A stretch of DNA of 24,000 nucleotides from an uncultured Actinomycetota bacterium. Lineage in GTDB: Bacteria; Actinomycetota; Actinomycetes; Mycobacteriales; Nakamurellaceae. The stretch spans positions 1 through 24,000 of the forward strand of contig CAVOFW010000002.1 in the NCBI GenBank assembly GCA_963695045.1, given 5' to 3'. A program made the translations under genes and the position numbers. The notes beneath the pieces are model-generated. The model did not search any database. It worked only from the letters and a program-made list of their open reading frames with translations, and was not told where the DNA came from. Below are positions 1-8,869 of this stretch, one piece after another. Within the stretch, counting starts at the first letter, position 1. Each line of letters opens with the position of its first letter.

Positions 1-2
1 AG

Positions 3-1037
3 ACCAGCTACCTGTTGATCCGCGGGGAACTGCCTGGCCCGGCCGAACTCGACGCGTTTACCCGGCGCATCGGGCGGCACGCCATGCTGCACGAGGACCT
101 GAAGCACTTCTTCGACGGTTTCCCCCGCAACGCCGACCCGGTGTCGGTGCTGTCCAGCGCGGTGAGCGCGCTGTCAACGTTCCACGGGGACGCCCTGGAC
201 CCGTTTGATCCTGCCCAGGTGGAGCTGTCTACGGTGCGACTGCTGGCCAAGGTGCCGACGATCGCCGCCTATGCCTACCGCAAATCGGTCGGACAACCGT
301 TGCTGTACCCGGATAACTCCCTCGGTTATGTCGAGAACTTCCTGCGCCTGTCCTTCGGCTTCCCGGCGGAACCCTACGAGCAGAACCCGACGCTGGTCAG
401 GGCCCTGAATCGGCTGCTGATCCTGCACGCCGACGACGAGCAGAACTGCTCCACGGCGATTGTGCGGCTCGTGGGTTCTGCGCACACCAACCTGTACGCC
501 TCGATCTCGGCCGGCATCAACGCGCTGCTCGGGCCGCTGCACGGTGGTGCCGCCCGGGCCGTGCTGGTCATGCTTGAACGGATCCGCGGCGACGGGGGTG
601 ACGTCAAGGCCTTCGTCGAGGGGGTCAAGAACAAGGAGCCCGGGGTCCGGCTGATGGGATTCGGGCACCGGGTCTACAAGAATTACGACCCGCGGGCGGC
701 GCTGGTCAAGGCCAGCGCCCGCGAGGTGCTCGACGACCTGGGTGCCCGGGATGAGCTGCTCGATCTGGCCCAGGAACTGGAAGCGGTGGCACTCTCCGAT
801 GACTTCTTCCTGTCCCGCAGGCTCTACCCCAACGTCGATTTCTATTCCGGCGTGATCTACCAGGCAATGGGCTTCCCGCCCAACATGTTCACCGTCCTCT
901 TCGCGCTCGGGCGGCTCCCGGGCTGGATCGCCCATTGGCGCGAGATGATCACCGACCCGGCTACCAAGATCGGCCGCCCGCGGCAGATCTACACCGGCCC
1001 CACGGCACGTGACTACGTGCAGATGGCTGACCGCTGA
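3..1037 (+). CDS. Citrate synthase, GltA-like (type II); 5' end cut by the window edge
   Basis: The frame is open from nt 3 (TSYLLIRGELP...). It runs colinear with remembered E. coli GltA through GPLHGG, GFGHRVYKNYDPRA, LYPNVDFYSG and the C-terminal IGRPRQIYTG. Stop at 1035-1037. Confidence 0.9.
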   Translation, partial: TSYLLIRGELPGPAELDAFTRRIGRHAMLHEDLKHFFDGFPRNADPVSVLSSAVSALSTFHGDALDPFDPAQVELSTVRLLAKVPTIAAYAYRKSVGQPLLYPDNSLGYVENFLRLSFGFPAEPYEQNPTLVRALNRLLILHADDEQNCSTAIVRLVGSAHTNLYASISAGINALLGPLHGGAARAVLVMLERIRGDGGDVKAFVEGVKNKEPGVRLMGFGHRVYKNYDPRAALVKASAREVLDDLGARDELLDLAQELEAVALSDDFFLSRRLYPNVDFYSGVIYQAMGFPPNMFTVLFALGRLPGWIAHWREMITDPATKIGRPRQIYTGPTARDYVQMADR

Positions 1038-1220
1038 CGAGTCGGCTGTGCACGTGGAACCTTCCTCGTCCACACTCGTCGTGATCTGCGACGACAGTCA
1101 CGAACAGGCGACCGCCGCCCACATCGAGGTCCTCGCCACGCAACAGGATTCGTGGTCGACCACACCGGCCTTGCCCACCTACGAGGACCGTTGACCCTGC
1201 GACGACTCGTTTGTTCAGGG

Positions 1221-1499
1221 TCACCGCGGCAGCGGCCCGTACAGCAGGACTCCGGTGGCGGAGACCATCGCCCCGAGACCGGCGACCGCGATGATCACCC
1301 CGATGACGATCACGGCATGAGTTGCGACCAGGCCGGCGATCAGCAGGACCGCCCCGACCGCGAAACCCGTGATCGCACCGAGCACGCGGCGGCGGCGCCA
1401 CCGCTGCACATTCACCCTGGCCACGAACTGGGGGTCGTCCCTGGTCAGTGACTGCTCGATCTCGTCGAGTCGGCGTTGATCGTCCTCGGACAACGGCAT
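1221..1499 (-). CDS. DUF3040-like small membrane protein
   Basis: 92 aa with ATG at 1499. N-terminus MPLSEDDQRRLDEIEQSLTRDDPQF followed by two hydrophobic helices, the typical actinobacterial DUF3040 layout as I remember it. Confidence 0.75.
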   Translation of the reverse strand: MPLSEDDQRRLDEIEQSLTRDDPQFVARVNVQRWRRRRVLGAITGFAVGAVLLIAGLVATHAVIVIGVIIAVAGLGAMVSATGVLLYGPLPR

Positions 1500-1712
1500 G
1501 CTCGTCCCACCGTCCCTTCAGGGTCCGGCTCCGTGGGGTGTCCTCCACGCTACGCGGAGTGCGTCCTCCGCGAGCATGGTTCGCGTGTCGGTCAGACCTC
1601 ACCACGCCGACCCGCGGCGCGTCTCCGCAGTGGATCCCCACACCGAACACCCGCGTCGCGGTCACCGAACGTCGGGATGCACGCCCAGCGCACATCGAAG
1701 ACACTGAAGCCC

Positions 1713-2033
1713 ATGACGAGCACTCCGGAGGGCTCCCAACGTCGGCTGACCCTGTCCACCAATGACAGGAAGATCGCCGGTGTGTGCGGCGGATTGGCCG
1801 AGTACTTCAACACCGACGCCACACTCGTGCGGCTGATCTTCGTGGTGCTGATCATGCTCGGCGGCATTGGCGTGATCATCTACCTCATCGCCTGGATCAT
1901 CATGCCCACTGCCGCGTTGATGTCGGCCGACGACATGCTCGGGCGATTGCAGAAGCTCGGCGAACTCAAGAAGGACGGGTTGCTCACCGAGGCCGAGTTC
2001 CAGACGCAGAAGGCGAAGATCCTCGCAGGTTGA
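1713..2033 (+). CDS. PspC-domain membrane protein with a C-terminal SHOCT-like motif
   Basis: PspC signature DRKIAGVCGGLAEYFNTDATLVRLIFVV plus a TM helix. The tail LGRLQKLGELKKDGLLTEAEFQTQKAKIL looks SHOCT-like. I chose ATG 1713; ATG 1677 is an alternative. The rest of the 185-aa track ORF upstream is Arg/Pro-rich junk. Confidence 0.8.
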   Translation: MTSTPEGSQRRLTLSTNDRKIAGVCGGLAEYFNTDATLVRLIFVVLIMLGGIGVIIYLIAWIIMPTAALMSADDMLGRLQKLGELKKDGLLTEAEFQTQKAKILAG

Positions 2034-2105
2034 TCGGCCTCGCGATCCGAAGGGTTCGAGGTTGGGATGATTTTCGCGTCGGCGTCGTCCTGCTGTACAT
2101 GGGCG

Positions 2106-2978
2106 TCATCTGCCTTGGTTGTCGTCGAGGCTGCCCGCCGGTGGCACAGAGAACATTGCCGGAGTTGTCGTGCTACGAATCTTTTCTGACGAGCCGATTT
2201 GGGCGGTCGCTACGCTGACCCGGTTGGTGATCGCCAACTGCCGGTTCGTCACGCCCAGCAGCGTCTTGAGTTGGTCGTGGTTCAGCTCGTCGCACACCCA
2301 GTCCCAGTGCAGGGACACCCAACTTCCGGGCCGGACCGTGCCGGCCAGCGACAAGCCGTTGGCCGCAAGTCGCGCGCGCTCGGGACGCGGTGCTCCCAAC
2401 CGGAGCTCGCTGCCGCTCCAGGTGAGCGGCCGGCATTGCACCCCGACGACCTCGCCTTCGACGGAATCGACCCGACCCCACCGGATACGGCAGCGGTCGA
2501 GCACCCGGAGCGCTGCCTCAGCGCCGGTGCGCCGCAGCACCCCGATCCACGGGTAGATGGTGAAAACATGAAAGCTGTGGTTCGCCAACGGCTCCGGTCC
2601 GGACCCTGAGGTCAGCGCCGGCCAGTCCGCGCCGAGCTGGCTGGCAAACGTCGACCGAACAGTGTTCGCGAAATGTGCTGGATCGCCGGCCCGGAGCAGG
2701 TCGTTGCCGACCCAGTAGGCCTCCACCACCCGTCGATCCATGACCGAATCCGAACCGGCAACGTCGGCCAGATACTCGAGGTAGGGCCACGCGCCGTCGA
2801 ACGCTCTGGCCCGCTCGACCATGTCCAACCCAGGTGTCGGCGCGTCGAGATCTCCTTGCTGGTGGGCGAACTCCAACAGGTCTCCGCCGTTCCCCGATCC
2901 GCAATAACCCAACTCGTTGGGCGGGTAGGCGTATCGCGCGAACATCGCCGCACCGTCGTCGGCGGGCCCCGTTGCCAT
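2106..2978 (-). CDS. Conserved hypothetical protein, last gene of the hyp/hhy operon (possibly the DUF6390 family; unverified)
   Basis: 290 aa with ATG at 2978, directly downstream of hypE. N-terminal FARYAYPPNELGYCGSG motif. The C-terminal third weakly resembles a HypC OB-fold (GSWVSLHWDWVCDELNHDQL versus Hyp[21 protein letters not shown]). It converges on the PspC gene. Confidence 0.75.
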   Translation of the reverse strand: MATGPADDGAAMFARYAYPPNELGYCGSGNGGDLLEFAHQQGDLDAPTPGLDMVERARAFDGAWPYLEYLADVAGSDSVMDRRVVEAYWVGNDLLRAGDPAHFANTVRSTFASQLGADWPALTSGSGPEPLANHSFHVFTIYPWIGVLRRTGAEAALRVLDRCRIRWGRVDSVEGEVVGVQCRPLTWSGSELRLGAPRPERARLAANGLSLAGTVRPGSWVSLHWDWVCDELNHDQLKTLLGVTNRQLAITNRVSVATAQIGSSEKIRSTTTPAMFSVPPAGSLDDNQGR

Positions 2979-3026
2979 CAGCAGATCCTGGCCATCAGCA
3001 GATCCTGGGCATCAGCAGATCCTGGG
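2976..3026 (-). repeat. 17-bp perfect-phase tandem triplication spanning the hypE stop / downstream start junction
   Basis: Plus strand: catcagcagatcctggc (2976-2992), catcagcagatcctggg (2993-3009), catcagcagatcctggg (3010-3026). Each unit on the minus strand carries TGATG, an overlapping stop and start. Confidence 0.95.
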
Positions 3027-4109
3027 CAACTGCTCGCCGATCGGCAGATCAACGACCCGGTTGCCGCCCAGCGCGGTCCGGGCCACCACCATGCCGCGAT
3101 GGTCGGCGCCACATCTCCCGATGACCACCGCCTCTTTGCCGTATTCGTGACCCTGCATGGCGGAAAGCACCTTCTCCGCGTCGCGCTCTGGGACGAACGC
3201 GATCAGCTTGCCCTCGTTGGCTACCTGCAGCGGGTCGAGGCCCAGCAGGCTGCAGGCGTTCCCGACCATCTCCGGAATCGGAAGATCCCGTTCCACCAGA
3301 TCGATCCCGACATCGGCAGCCTTGGCGATCTCGTTCAGCGATGCGGACACCCCGCCCCGGGTCGGATCGCGCAGCACATGGATGTCGGCGCCGGTGGCGA
3401 TCATCGCTTGCACGAGGCCATTCAGCGGGGCGCTGTCCGTCTCGACGGTGGTGCCGAATTCAAGTCCCTCCCGGCAGCTCATGATGGCAACACCGTGCAC
3501 GCCGATTGGACCGCTGATCATCACCACGTCCCCGACAGCCGCTCTGCTGGGCCGGATGTCGACACCGTCGTCGATGACCCCGATGCCCGCCGTATTGATG
3601 AAGACCCCGTCGCCGTGACCGCTATCCACCACCTTGGTGTCGCCGGTGACCAGCCGCACACCAGCGGCGGCGGCGGCATGGCCGATGGCGGTGGCGATCC
3701 GGTTGATCTCGGCCAGCGGGGTGCCCTCCTCCAGGATGAACGCGGTCGACAGGTACAGCGGGCGAGCGCCGGACATGGCCAGGTCGTTCACGGTTCCGTT
3801 GACCGCGAGATCTCCGATATTGCCGCCGGGGAAGAACATCGGCTTCACCACGAACGAGTCAGTGGAGAACGCCAGCCGACCGCCGGGGGTGGGCAGTACC
3901 GCCGAATCACCCAGCTCCGCCGTCGACGCGTCGCCGAAGGCCGGGAGGAACAGATGCTCGATCAGTTCGCCGGACATGGCACCGCCGCCACCGTGGCCCA
4001 TCACAATCGTGGGGGAGTCCCGGAGCGGGACCGGGCACGCCCAGGCGCTGAAATCAACAGCGTCGGCTCCGCCGGTGGTCGTTTCGGCGGTGGTCAGTTG
4101 CTCAGGCAT
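3012..4109 (-). CDS. hypE: Hydrogenase maturation protein HypE (carbamoyl dehydratase)
   Basis: 365 aa. Contains IVMGHGGGG and AIR-synthase-like repeats, and ends in the family-defining PRIC. The start overlaps the hypD stop by 8 nt. Confidence 0.95.
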   Translation of the reverse strand: MPEQLTTAETTTGGADAVDFSAWACPVPLRDSPTIVMGHGGGGAMSGELIEHLFLPAFGDASTAELGDSAVLPTPGGRLAFSTDSFVVKPMFFPGGNIGDLAVNGTVNDLAMSGARPLYLSTAFILEEGTPLAEINRIATAIGHAAAAAGVRLVTGDTKVVDSGHGDGVFINTAGIGVIDDGVDIRPSRAAVGDVVMISGPIGVHGVAIMSCREGLEFGTTVETDSAPLNGLVQAMIATGADIHVLRDPTRGGVSASLNEIAKAADVGIDLVERDLPIPEMVGNACSLLGLDPLQVANEGKLIAFVPERDAEKVLSAMQGHEYGKEAVVIGRCGADHRGMVVARTALGGNRVVDLPIGEQLPRIC

Positions 4110-5214
4110 GACTGCCCGCCGGCGTCAGTTCCAGCCTGCGGTAGAGGTAGTACGCCGCGCAGGCGCCCTCGGACGAGACCATGGTCGCACCAAGGGGATT
4201 GCGCGGGCTGCATTCCTTGCCGAAGGCAGCGCATTCGTGCGGTTTGATCAACCCCTGCAGGACCTCGCCGGAGCGGCACAAAGTCGATTCCTCAGTCAGG
4301 ATTCCCCTGACGTCGAACCGGTTCTCGGCGTCGAACTGGGCGTAGCGGCTGGACAGTTTCCAGCCGCTGCCGGGAATCATCCCGATGCCGCGCCACACCC
4401 GGTCGGTGCGTTCGAAGACATCGAGCAGCATGGCCTGCGCCGCGGTGTTTCCTTCGGTGGTGACGGCCCTGGCATAGGCGTTCTCCACGCAATAGCGGCC
4501 GGACTCGAGTTGCAGCACGGTGCGCCGGATGCCCTCGAGGATATCCAGCGGCTCGAACCCGGTGACCACGATCGGTACCTTGTACTTCGCCGCCAGCGCG
4601 GGGTACTCGGTGGTGCCCATCACGCTGCAGACATGGCCGGCCGCCAGGAATGCCTGCACCCGGCACGCCGGCGACTCCATGATCGCGGCAATCGCCGGCG
4701 GTACCAGCACATGCGAGACGAGCAGCGAGAAGTTATCGATGCCAAGCCGTTTGGCCTGATACACGGTCATCGCGTTGGCCGGTGCGGTGGTTTCGAAGCC
4801 GATGCCGAAGAACACCACCTGGCGGTCCGGGTTCTCCTTGGCGATCTTCAGCGCGTCCAGCGGCGAGTACACCACCCGCACGTCTCCGCCGGCACTCTTG
4901 ATCCGGAACAGGTCCTGGGTGGATCCAGGCACCCGCAGCATGTCGCCGAATGAACAGAAGATCACTCCTGGCTGCGCGGCGATGGCCAGCGCGCGGTCGA
5001 TGATTTCCAGCGGGGTCACGCAGACCGGGCAGCCGGGCCCGTGAATCATCTCGATCTCGTCCGGCAGTAACTGGTCGATACCGTGCCGGATGATCGAATG
5101 TGTCTGTCCGCCGCAGACCTCCATGATCGCCCACCGCCGGGTGGCTGCCGCATGGATCCGGTCGAGCAACTTGCCGGCCAGTTCCGGGTTGGAGAACTCT
5201 TCGAGGTACTTCAT
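4102..5214 (-). CDS. hypD: Hydrogenase maturation protein HypD
   Basis: 370 aa. [11 protein letters not shown] start, [21 protein letters not shown] and a C-terminal Cys-rich segment. ATGA overlap with the hypC stop at 5211-5214. Confidence 0.95.
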   Translation of the reverse strand: MKYLEEFSNPELAGKLLDRIHAAATRRWAIMEVCGGQTHSIIRHGIDQLLPDEIEMIHGPGCPVCVTPLEIIDRALAIAAQPGVIFCSFGDMLRVPGSTQDLFRIKSAGGDVRVVYSPLDALKIAKENPDRQVVFFGIGFETTAPANAMTVYQAKRLGIDNFSLLVSHVLVPPAIAAIMESPACRVQAFLAAGHVCSVMGTTEYPALAAKYKVPIVVTGFEPLDILEGIRRTVLQLESGRYCVENAYARAVTTEGNTAAQAMLLDVFERTDRVWRGIGMIPGSGWKLSSRYAQFDAENRFDVRGILTEESTLCRSGEVLQGLIKPHECAAFGKECSPRNPLGATMVSSEGACAAYYLYRRLELTPAGSHA

Positions 5215-5567
5215 CGGGTGGCTCCGTTCATGGTCGGACTGCTCAATGCCGACGCCGGCGTCATTGGGTCGCCGCCGTTGGCCGGGGCTGGCACGCCGGC
5301 TTGTTTGGCGGCCAAGGCGAATCCGTCGCCGAATTCCTCTGCCATGATCCCGAGCCGCTCGAAGTTGGCCAGGGTGGCCAGCGCGGACTCCTCGTCTAGT
5401 CGCTGCAGCGCGAATCCGACATGCACGATGACGTAGTCACCCACGGCGGCGTCCGGGATGTATTGCAGGCAGACCTGTTTCACCACACCGCCGAAGTCGA
5501 CCTCGGACATCAGCGTTTCGTCGGCCTCGAACAGTCGCAGGATCCGACCCGGAACTGCTAGGCACAT
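5211..5567 (-). CDS. hypC: Hydrogenase maturation chaperone HypC with an unusually long Ala/Pro-rich C-terminal tail
   Basis: [10 protein letters not shown]-terminus with the essential Cys2, and [19 protein letters not shown] lies upstream of the ATG. At 118 aa it is longer than the 75-90 aa I remember as typical for HypC. Confidence 0.9.
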   Translation of the reverse strand: MCLAVPGRILRLFEADETLMSEVDFGGVVKQVCLQYIPDAAVGDYVIVHVGFALQRLDEESALATLANFERLGIMAEEFGDGFALAAKQAGVPAPANGGDPMTPASALSSPTMNGATR

Positions 5568-5595
5568 GTCGTGCTCCTTTCACCACTCGGTCACA

Positions 5596-8007
5596 TCAGC
5601 TACCCGTCACGTGCCTGGCACCGGCCATCAGTTGACCTAACGCAAGCCCGCCGTCGTTGGGCGGAACCCGTCGGTGGCGCAGCACCGTAAAGCCCTCCCG
5701 GCGTAAGCCCGGGCAAGCACCGCCGAGCAACAGTGCGTTCTGGAAGACGCCGCCGGACAAGGCCACCGTGTGCAGGCCGTGCGCTTCCCGGGCCCGGACG
5801 GCGAGCTCGATCACCAGCGCGACGGCGGCGGCGTGGAACCGGGCGCCGATCACCCCCGGCCGGACGCCAGCCAGAGCGTCGGCCGCGGCTCCGTGAATCA
5901 CCGGAGCAGGATCGGCCTGCATCGGCGTCGCGCCTGGACCAGCAGCAAGCGAGAAACGGTACGCGTCATCGGGATTGATCGTGATCGACCGGGACAGTCC
6001 CTCGAGCTCGATCGCCGCCTGCGCCTCGTATCCGGCGACCTGCCGGACGCCGGCAATGGCGGCGATCGCGTCGAAAAGCCGGCCGATACTGGAGGTCGGT
6101 ACACAGCCGAACCCGCTCGCCAACTGGGCATCCAGTACAGACCGCTCCGCTGGTGGACATCCTTTGACGCAGGCCAGCCCGGAATTCCATTCCACGCCCG
6201 CAGCTCGGAGGTGGGCAAGGGCCATCCGGTACGGCCGCTCGACGGCGGCGTCTCCGCCGGGTAGTGGGACGTAGGCCAGCTGAGCGAACCGCTCGAATCC
6301 GTTGTACGTCGTGATCAACACCTCGCCGCCCCAGACGGCGCCGTCGTCGCCGAAACCGGTTCCGTCGAAGGCGATGCCGATGACCGGTGTGCCGCCGTCA
6401 TGGCCGTGCTCGGCCATCACCGCGCAGACGTGCGCGTGGTGGTGCTGCACGGTAGAGATGTCGCGGTCCTGACGGTGCCGCCTGGCCCAGTCGGCGGAGT
6501 GGTAGCCGGGGTGTCGATCGCTGACCAGCACAGTGGGTGCCACTCCGGTCAGCATGGCCAGCTGTGCGGCGGTGTGCTCGAGGGTTTTCACCGAGCGAAG
6601 GTCGTCCATGTCGCCGATGTGCTGACTGAGCCACGCGTACCGGCCGTCGCCGATGCAGCAGGTGTTCTTCAGGTCGGCACCGACCGCCAAGGTCGGCCCG
6701 ACCTCTGCAGGAAGGGCGATCGGCAACGGGGCGTAACCGCGGGAGCGGCGGATCGGCAGCGGCTCACCGTCCACCACCCGGGAAACCGAGTCGTCGCAGG
6801 GCACGTGAATCCGCCGATCGTGCAGCAGCCAGCCATCCACCATGGGCGCCAGCAGTTCTCGGGCGTCGTCGTCGTCGGTGATGATTGGTTCACCGGACAG
6901 ATTCCCGGACGTCATCACCAGGGCGGTCGGGGATTGTGGATCACCGGGTAAGCCGAAAAGTAGGGAGTGAAGTGGGGTGTACGACAGCATGATGCCGAGG
7001 TCCGGACTGCCGGGCGCGACTGACGGTGCAATGTCGTGAATGCGGGTGAGCCCGACCGGTTCGGCTTGGCTGCAGGCCCGGCGGTCGAGCAACACGATCG
7101 GCCGGGCCGGATCGGTCAACAGTCCGGCCTCGTCGTCGCCGACCTCGGCAAACCATCGTGCGGCATCGATATCGGCGACCATGATCGCAAAGGGCTTGTC
7201 GCCTCTGCGTTTCCGTCGGCGCAGTAGGGAAACCGCTTGTTCGTTCGACGCATCACACGCGAGGTGGTAGCCGCCGAGTCCCTTGATCGCGAGAATCGCG
7301 CCCGCCATCAGGAGCCGGCGAGACTCCGCGAGTACGGCGTCGTCACCGGCCAGTGCCGCGCCATCTCGCATGATCAGTTCGAGTCGCGGGCCGCAGTCGC
7401 GGCAGGCGATCGGCTGGGCGTGAAACCGTCGATCGGTTGGGTCGGTGTACTCGGCGCGGCAAGGACCGCACATGGCGAAGTCCACCATTGTCGTGGTCGC
7501 GCGGTCGTACGGCAGGGCCGTGATGATGGTGAAACGGGGTCCGCAGTTGGTACAGCTGACAAACGGATGGCGATACCGCCGGTCGGCCGGATTTGCCATA
7601 TCGCTCAGGCATTCCCGGCACGTCGCGACGTCGGGCGAGGCCAGCGTTCGACCCGCAACGGCGCTTGCGGACTGGCCGATGTGAAATCCGGTACCTCCGA
7701 TGGCCGGCTCTTCGCTGACGCTGACCTGCTCCACGATCGCCAGCGGAGGCGGGCGCTGGGTGAGCCGGTGCACGAACGCCTCAGTGCGGGTTCGCTCGCC
7801 CTCGATGTCGATGAGCACCCCGGCGCTGTCGTTGATGACCGAGCCGGTCAAATGCAACTCGGTGGCGGTCGCGTAGACGAACGGCCGAAATCCCACGCCC
7901 TGTACCAGTCCGGATACCGCGATCCGCAGGCGAACCCGCGCCTGGCCGGGGTCCGGACGTGCGTCACCCGTCGGACCGGCCGCGTTAGCCCGGACCGCGG
8001 TGCTCAT
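5596..8007 (-). CDS. hypF: Carbamoyltransferase HypF
   Basis: 803 aa. Acylphosphatase-like VSGLVQGVGFRPFVY, and two zinc-finger pairs (CRECLSDM...CTNCGPRF and CGPCRAEY...CRDCGPRL). YrdC-like and Kae1-like regions follow. Confidence 0.95.
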   Translation of the reverse strand: MSTAVRANAAGPTGDARPDPGQARVRLRIAVSGLVQGVGFRPFVYATATELHLTGSVINDSAGVLIDIEGERTRTEAFVHRLTQRPPPLAIVEQVSVSEEPAIGGTGFHIGQSASAVAGRTLASPDVATCRECLSDMANPADRRYRHPFVSCTNCGPRFTIITALPYDRATTTMVDFAMCGPCRAEYTDPTDRRFHAQPIACRDCGPRLELIMRDGAALAGDDAVLAESRRLLMAGAILAIKGLGGYHLACDASNEQAVSLLRRRKRRGDKPFAIMVADIDAARWFAEVGDDEAGLLTDPARPIVLLDRRACSQAEPVGLTRIHDIAPSVAPGSPDLGIMLSYTPLHSLLFGLPGDPQSPTALVMTSGNLSGEPIITDDDDARELLAPMVDGWLLHDRRIHVPCDDSVSRVVDGEPLPIRRSRGYAPLPIALPAEVGPTLAVGADLKNTCCIGDGRYAWLSQHIGDMDDLRSVKTLEHTAAQLAMLTGVAPTVLVSDRHPGYHSADWARRHRQDRDISTVQHHHAHVCAVMAEHGHDGGTPVIGIAFDGTGFGDDGAVWGGEVLITTYNGFERFAQLAYVPLPGGDAAVERPYRMALAHLRAAGVEWNSGLACVKGCPPAERSVLDAQLASGFGCVPTSSIGRLFDAIAAIAGVRQVAGYEAQAAIELEGLSRSITINPDDAYRFSLAAGPGATPMQADPAPVIHGAAADALAGVRPGVIGARFHAAAVALVIELAVRAREAHGLHTVALSGGVFQNALLLGGACPGLRREGFTVLRHRRVPPNDGGLALGQLMAGARHVTGS

Positions 8008-8261
8008 GACGGAGTCAACTCGTCGGATTCACGCGACCGGCCCATCATTTCCAACCCGGACAGTGCCCTCTCGGCCGCTGCCCGGTCGACGATCTCGACC
8101 GCGAAGCCCATGTGGATCAAGACCCAGTCATCCGGCGCCACCGGGGATTCCAGCATCCCGATGTTGATCTTTCGCACCCTGCCGACGACATCGACCAAAG
8201 CGATCTGGTCCGCGTAGCCATCGACCATCGCGACGACCCGGCCGGGAATCCCGAGGCACAT
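8004..8261 (-). CDS. Second HypC/HupF-family chaperone
   Basis: 85 aa. MCLGIPGRVV N-terminus and DDWVLIHMGFAVEIVD. Its stop overlaps the hypF ATG (ATGA, 8004-8007). Confidence 0.85.
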   Translation of the reverse strand: MCLGIPGRVVAMVDGYADQIALVDVVGRVRKINIGMLESPVAPDDWVLIHMGFAVEIVDRAAAERALSGLEMMGRSRESDELTPS

Positions 8262-8263
8262 GG

Positions 8264-8869
8264 CTACCGTTCCCCCGATCCGGTAGCACCGGCCAGGCGA
8301 TCGCCGGTCCGATGCTCCGCCAGTTGGCCGTTGGTCAGAAGGTCATGGGTCAGCAGGTCATGGGTCAGCAGGTCAAGGACGGCCGCAACGGCGGGCTCCA
8401 CCGCGTCCGACACCGCGGGGGAAAGCCCGATCCCCTCTCGCACGTCGGCGCCTTCACAGCCGATCAGCACGGTCGGCGGTAACTCACCGCCCAGCGAGCC
8501 AACAGCGGCCAGAACCGAGTGCGGTGCCATGCCGTGCGGGTCAGGTGCCGCGTTATCCACTGTTGCAGGGTCGATTTCGATGATGTGCACCGCGCCCGGC
8601 CGTCCGCGGGACGGCAGCAGGTCGATCAGGAGCAGGTGATCCCAGCCGTCCAGCAGGTCGTACGCCAGGTGCATGCTGCGGATCCCGTAGTCGGTGACCG
8701 TGACGTGCGCCGGAATATCGCGGCCGGCCAAATGCCTGGCAACCTCCGAACCGAAGCCGTCGTCACCGAGAAACAGGTTGCCGACACCGGCCACCAGGAC
8801 CCGCCCCACCGGGCCGACGGTCCTGGTGGCCTGCGACGTCGCCGGCTCGGCGGATTCCGTCACGGTCAC
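8264..8869 (-). CDS. [NiFe]-hydrogenase maturation endopeptidase (HupD/HybD/HyaD family)
   Basis: VLVAGVGNLFLGDDGFG metal-ligand motif, LLLIDLL, and the His-containing PHGMAPH. The GTG start at 8869 overlaps the stop of the 39-aa ORF (GTGA). Confidence 0.85.
   Translation of the reverse strand: MTVTESAEPATSQATRTVGPVGRVLVAGVGNLFLGDDGFGSEVARHLAGRDIPAHVTVTDYGIRSMHLAYDLLDGWDHLLLIDLLPSRGRPGAVHIIEIDPATVDNAAPDPHGMAPHSVLAAVGSLGGELPPTVLIGCEGADVREGIGLSPAVSDAVEPAVAAVLDLLTHDLLTHDLLTNGQLAEHRTGDRLAGATGSGER
8330..8374 (-). repeat. In-frame 15-bp tandem repeat inside the endopeptidase gene (DLLTH-DLLTH-DLLTN)
   Basis: Plus-strand atgggtcagcaggtc occurs at 8345-8359 and 8360-8374 (identical). A diverged copy gttggtcagaaggtc lies at 8330-8344. 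Confidence 0.85.

Noticed and set aside
1076-1094. Hairpins downstream of citrate synthase (tcgtcg-N7-cgacga, 1076-1094) and of the PspC gene (cctcg-N14-cgagg at 2038-2061, then TTTT at 2071-2074) as intrinsic terminators.
   Set aside because: The stems are short (5-6 bp). The first has no U-tract and the second has a distant one. That is too weak to call without RNA 3'-end data.
2976-3026. The 17-bp repeats as a CRISPR or other spaced array.
   Set aside because: There are three directly abutting units with no spacers, and they sit on a gene junction. This is a tandem duplication, not an array.
2673-4953. Long plus-strand ORFs (2673-4247, 524 aa; 3634-4953, 439 aa) opposite hypE and hypD. 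The same pattern occurs at 12877-14679 opposite hhyL, 20593-22119 opposite the sulfatase gene and 174-1073 opposite citrate synthase.
   Set aside because: Their translations are Arg/Pro/Gly/His-rich and low in complexity, which is typical of antisense frames in high-GC DNA. The opposite strand encodes unmistakable conserved proteins.
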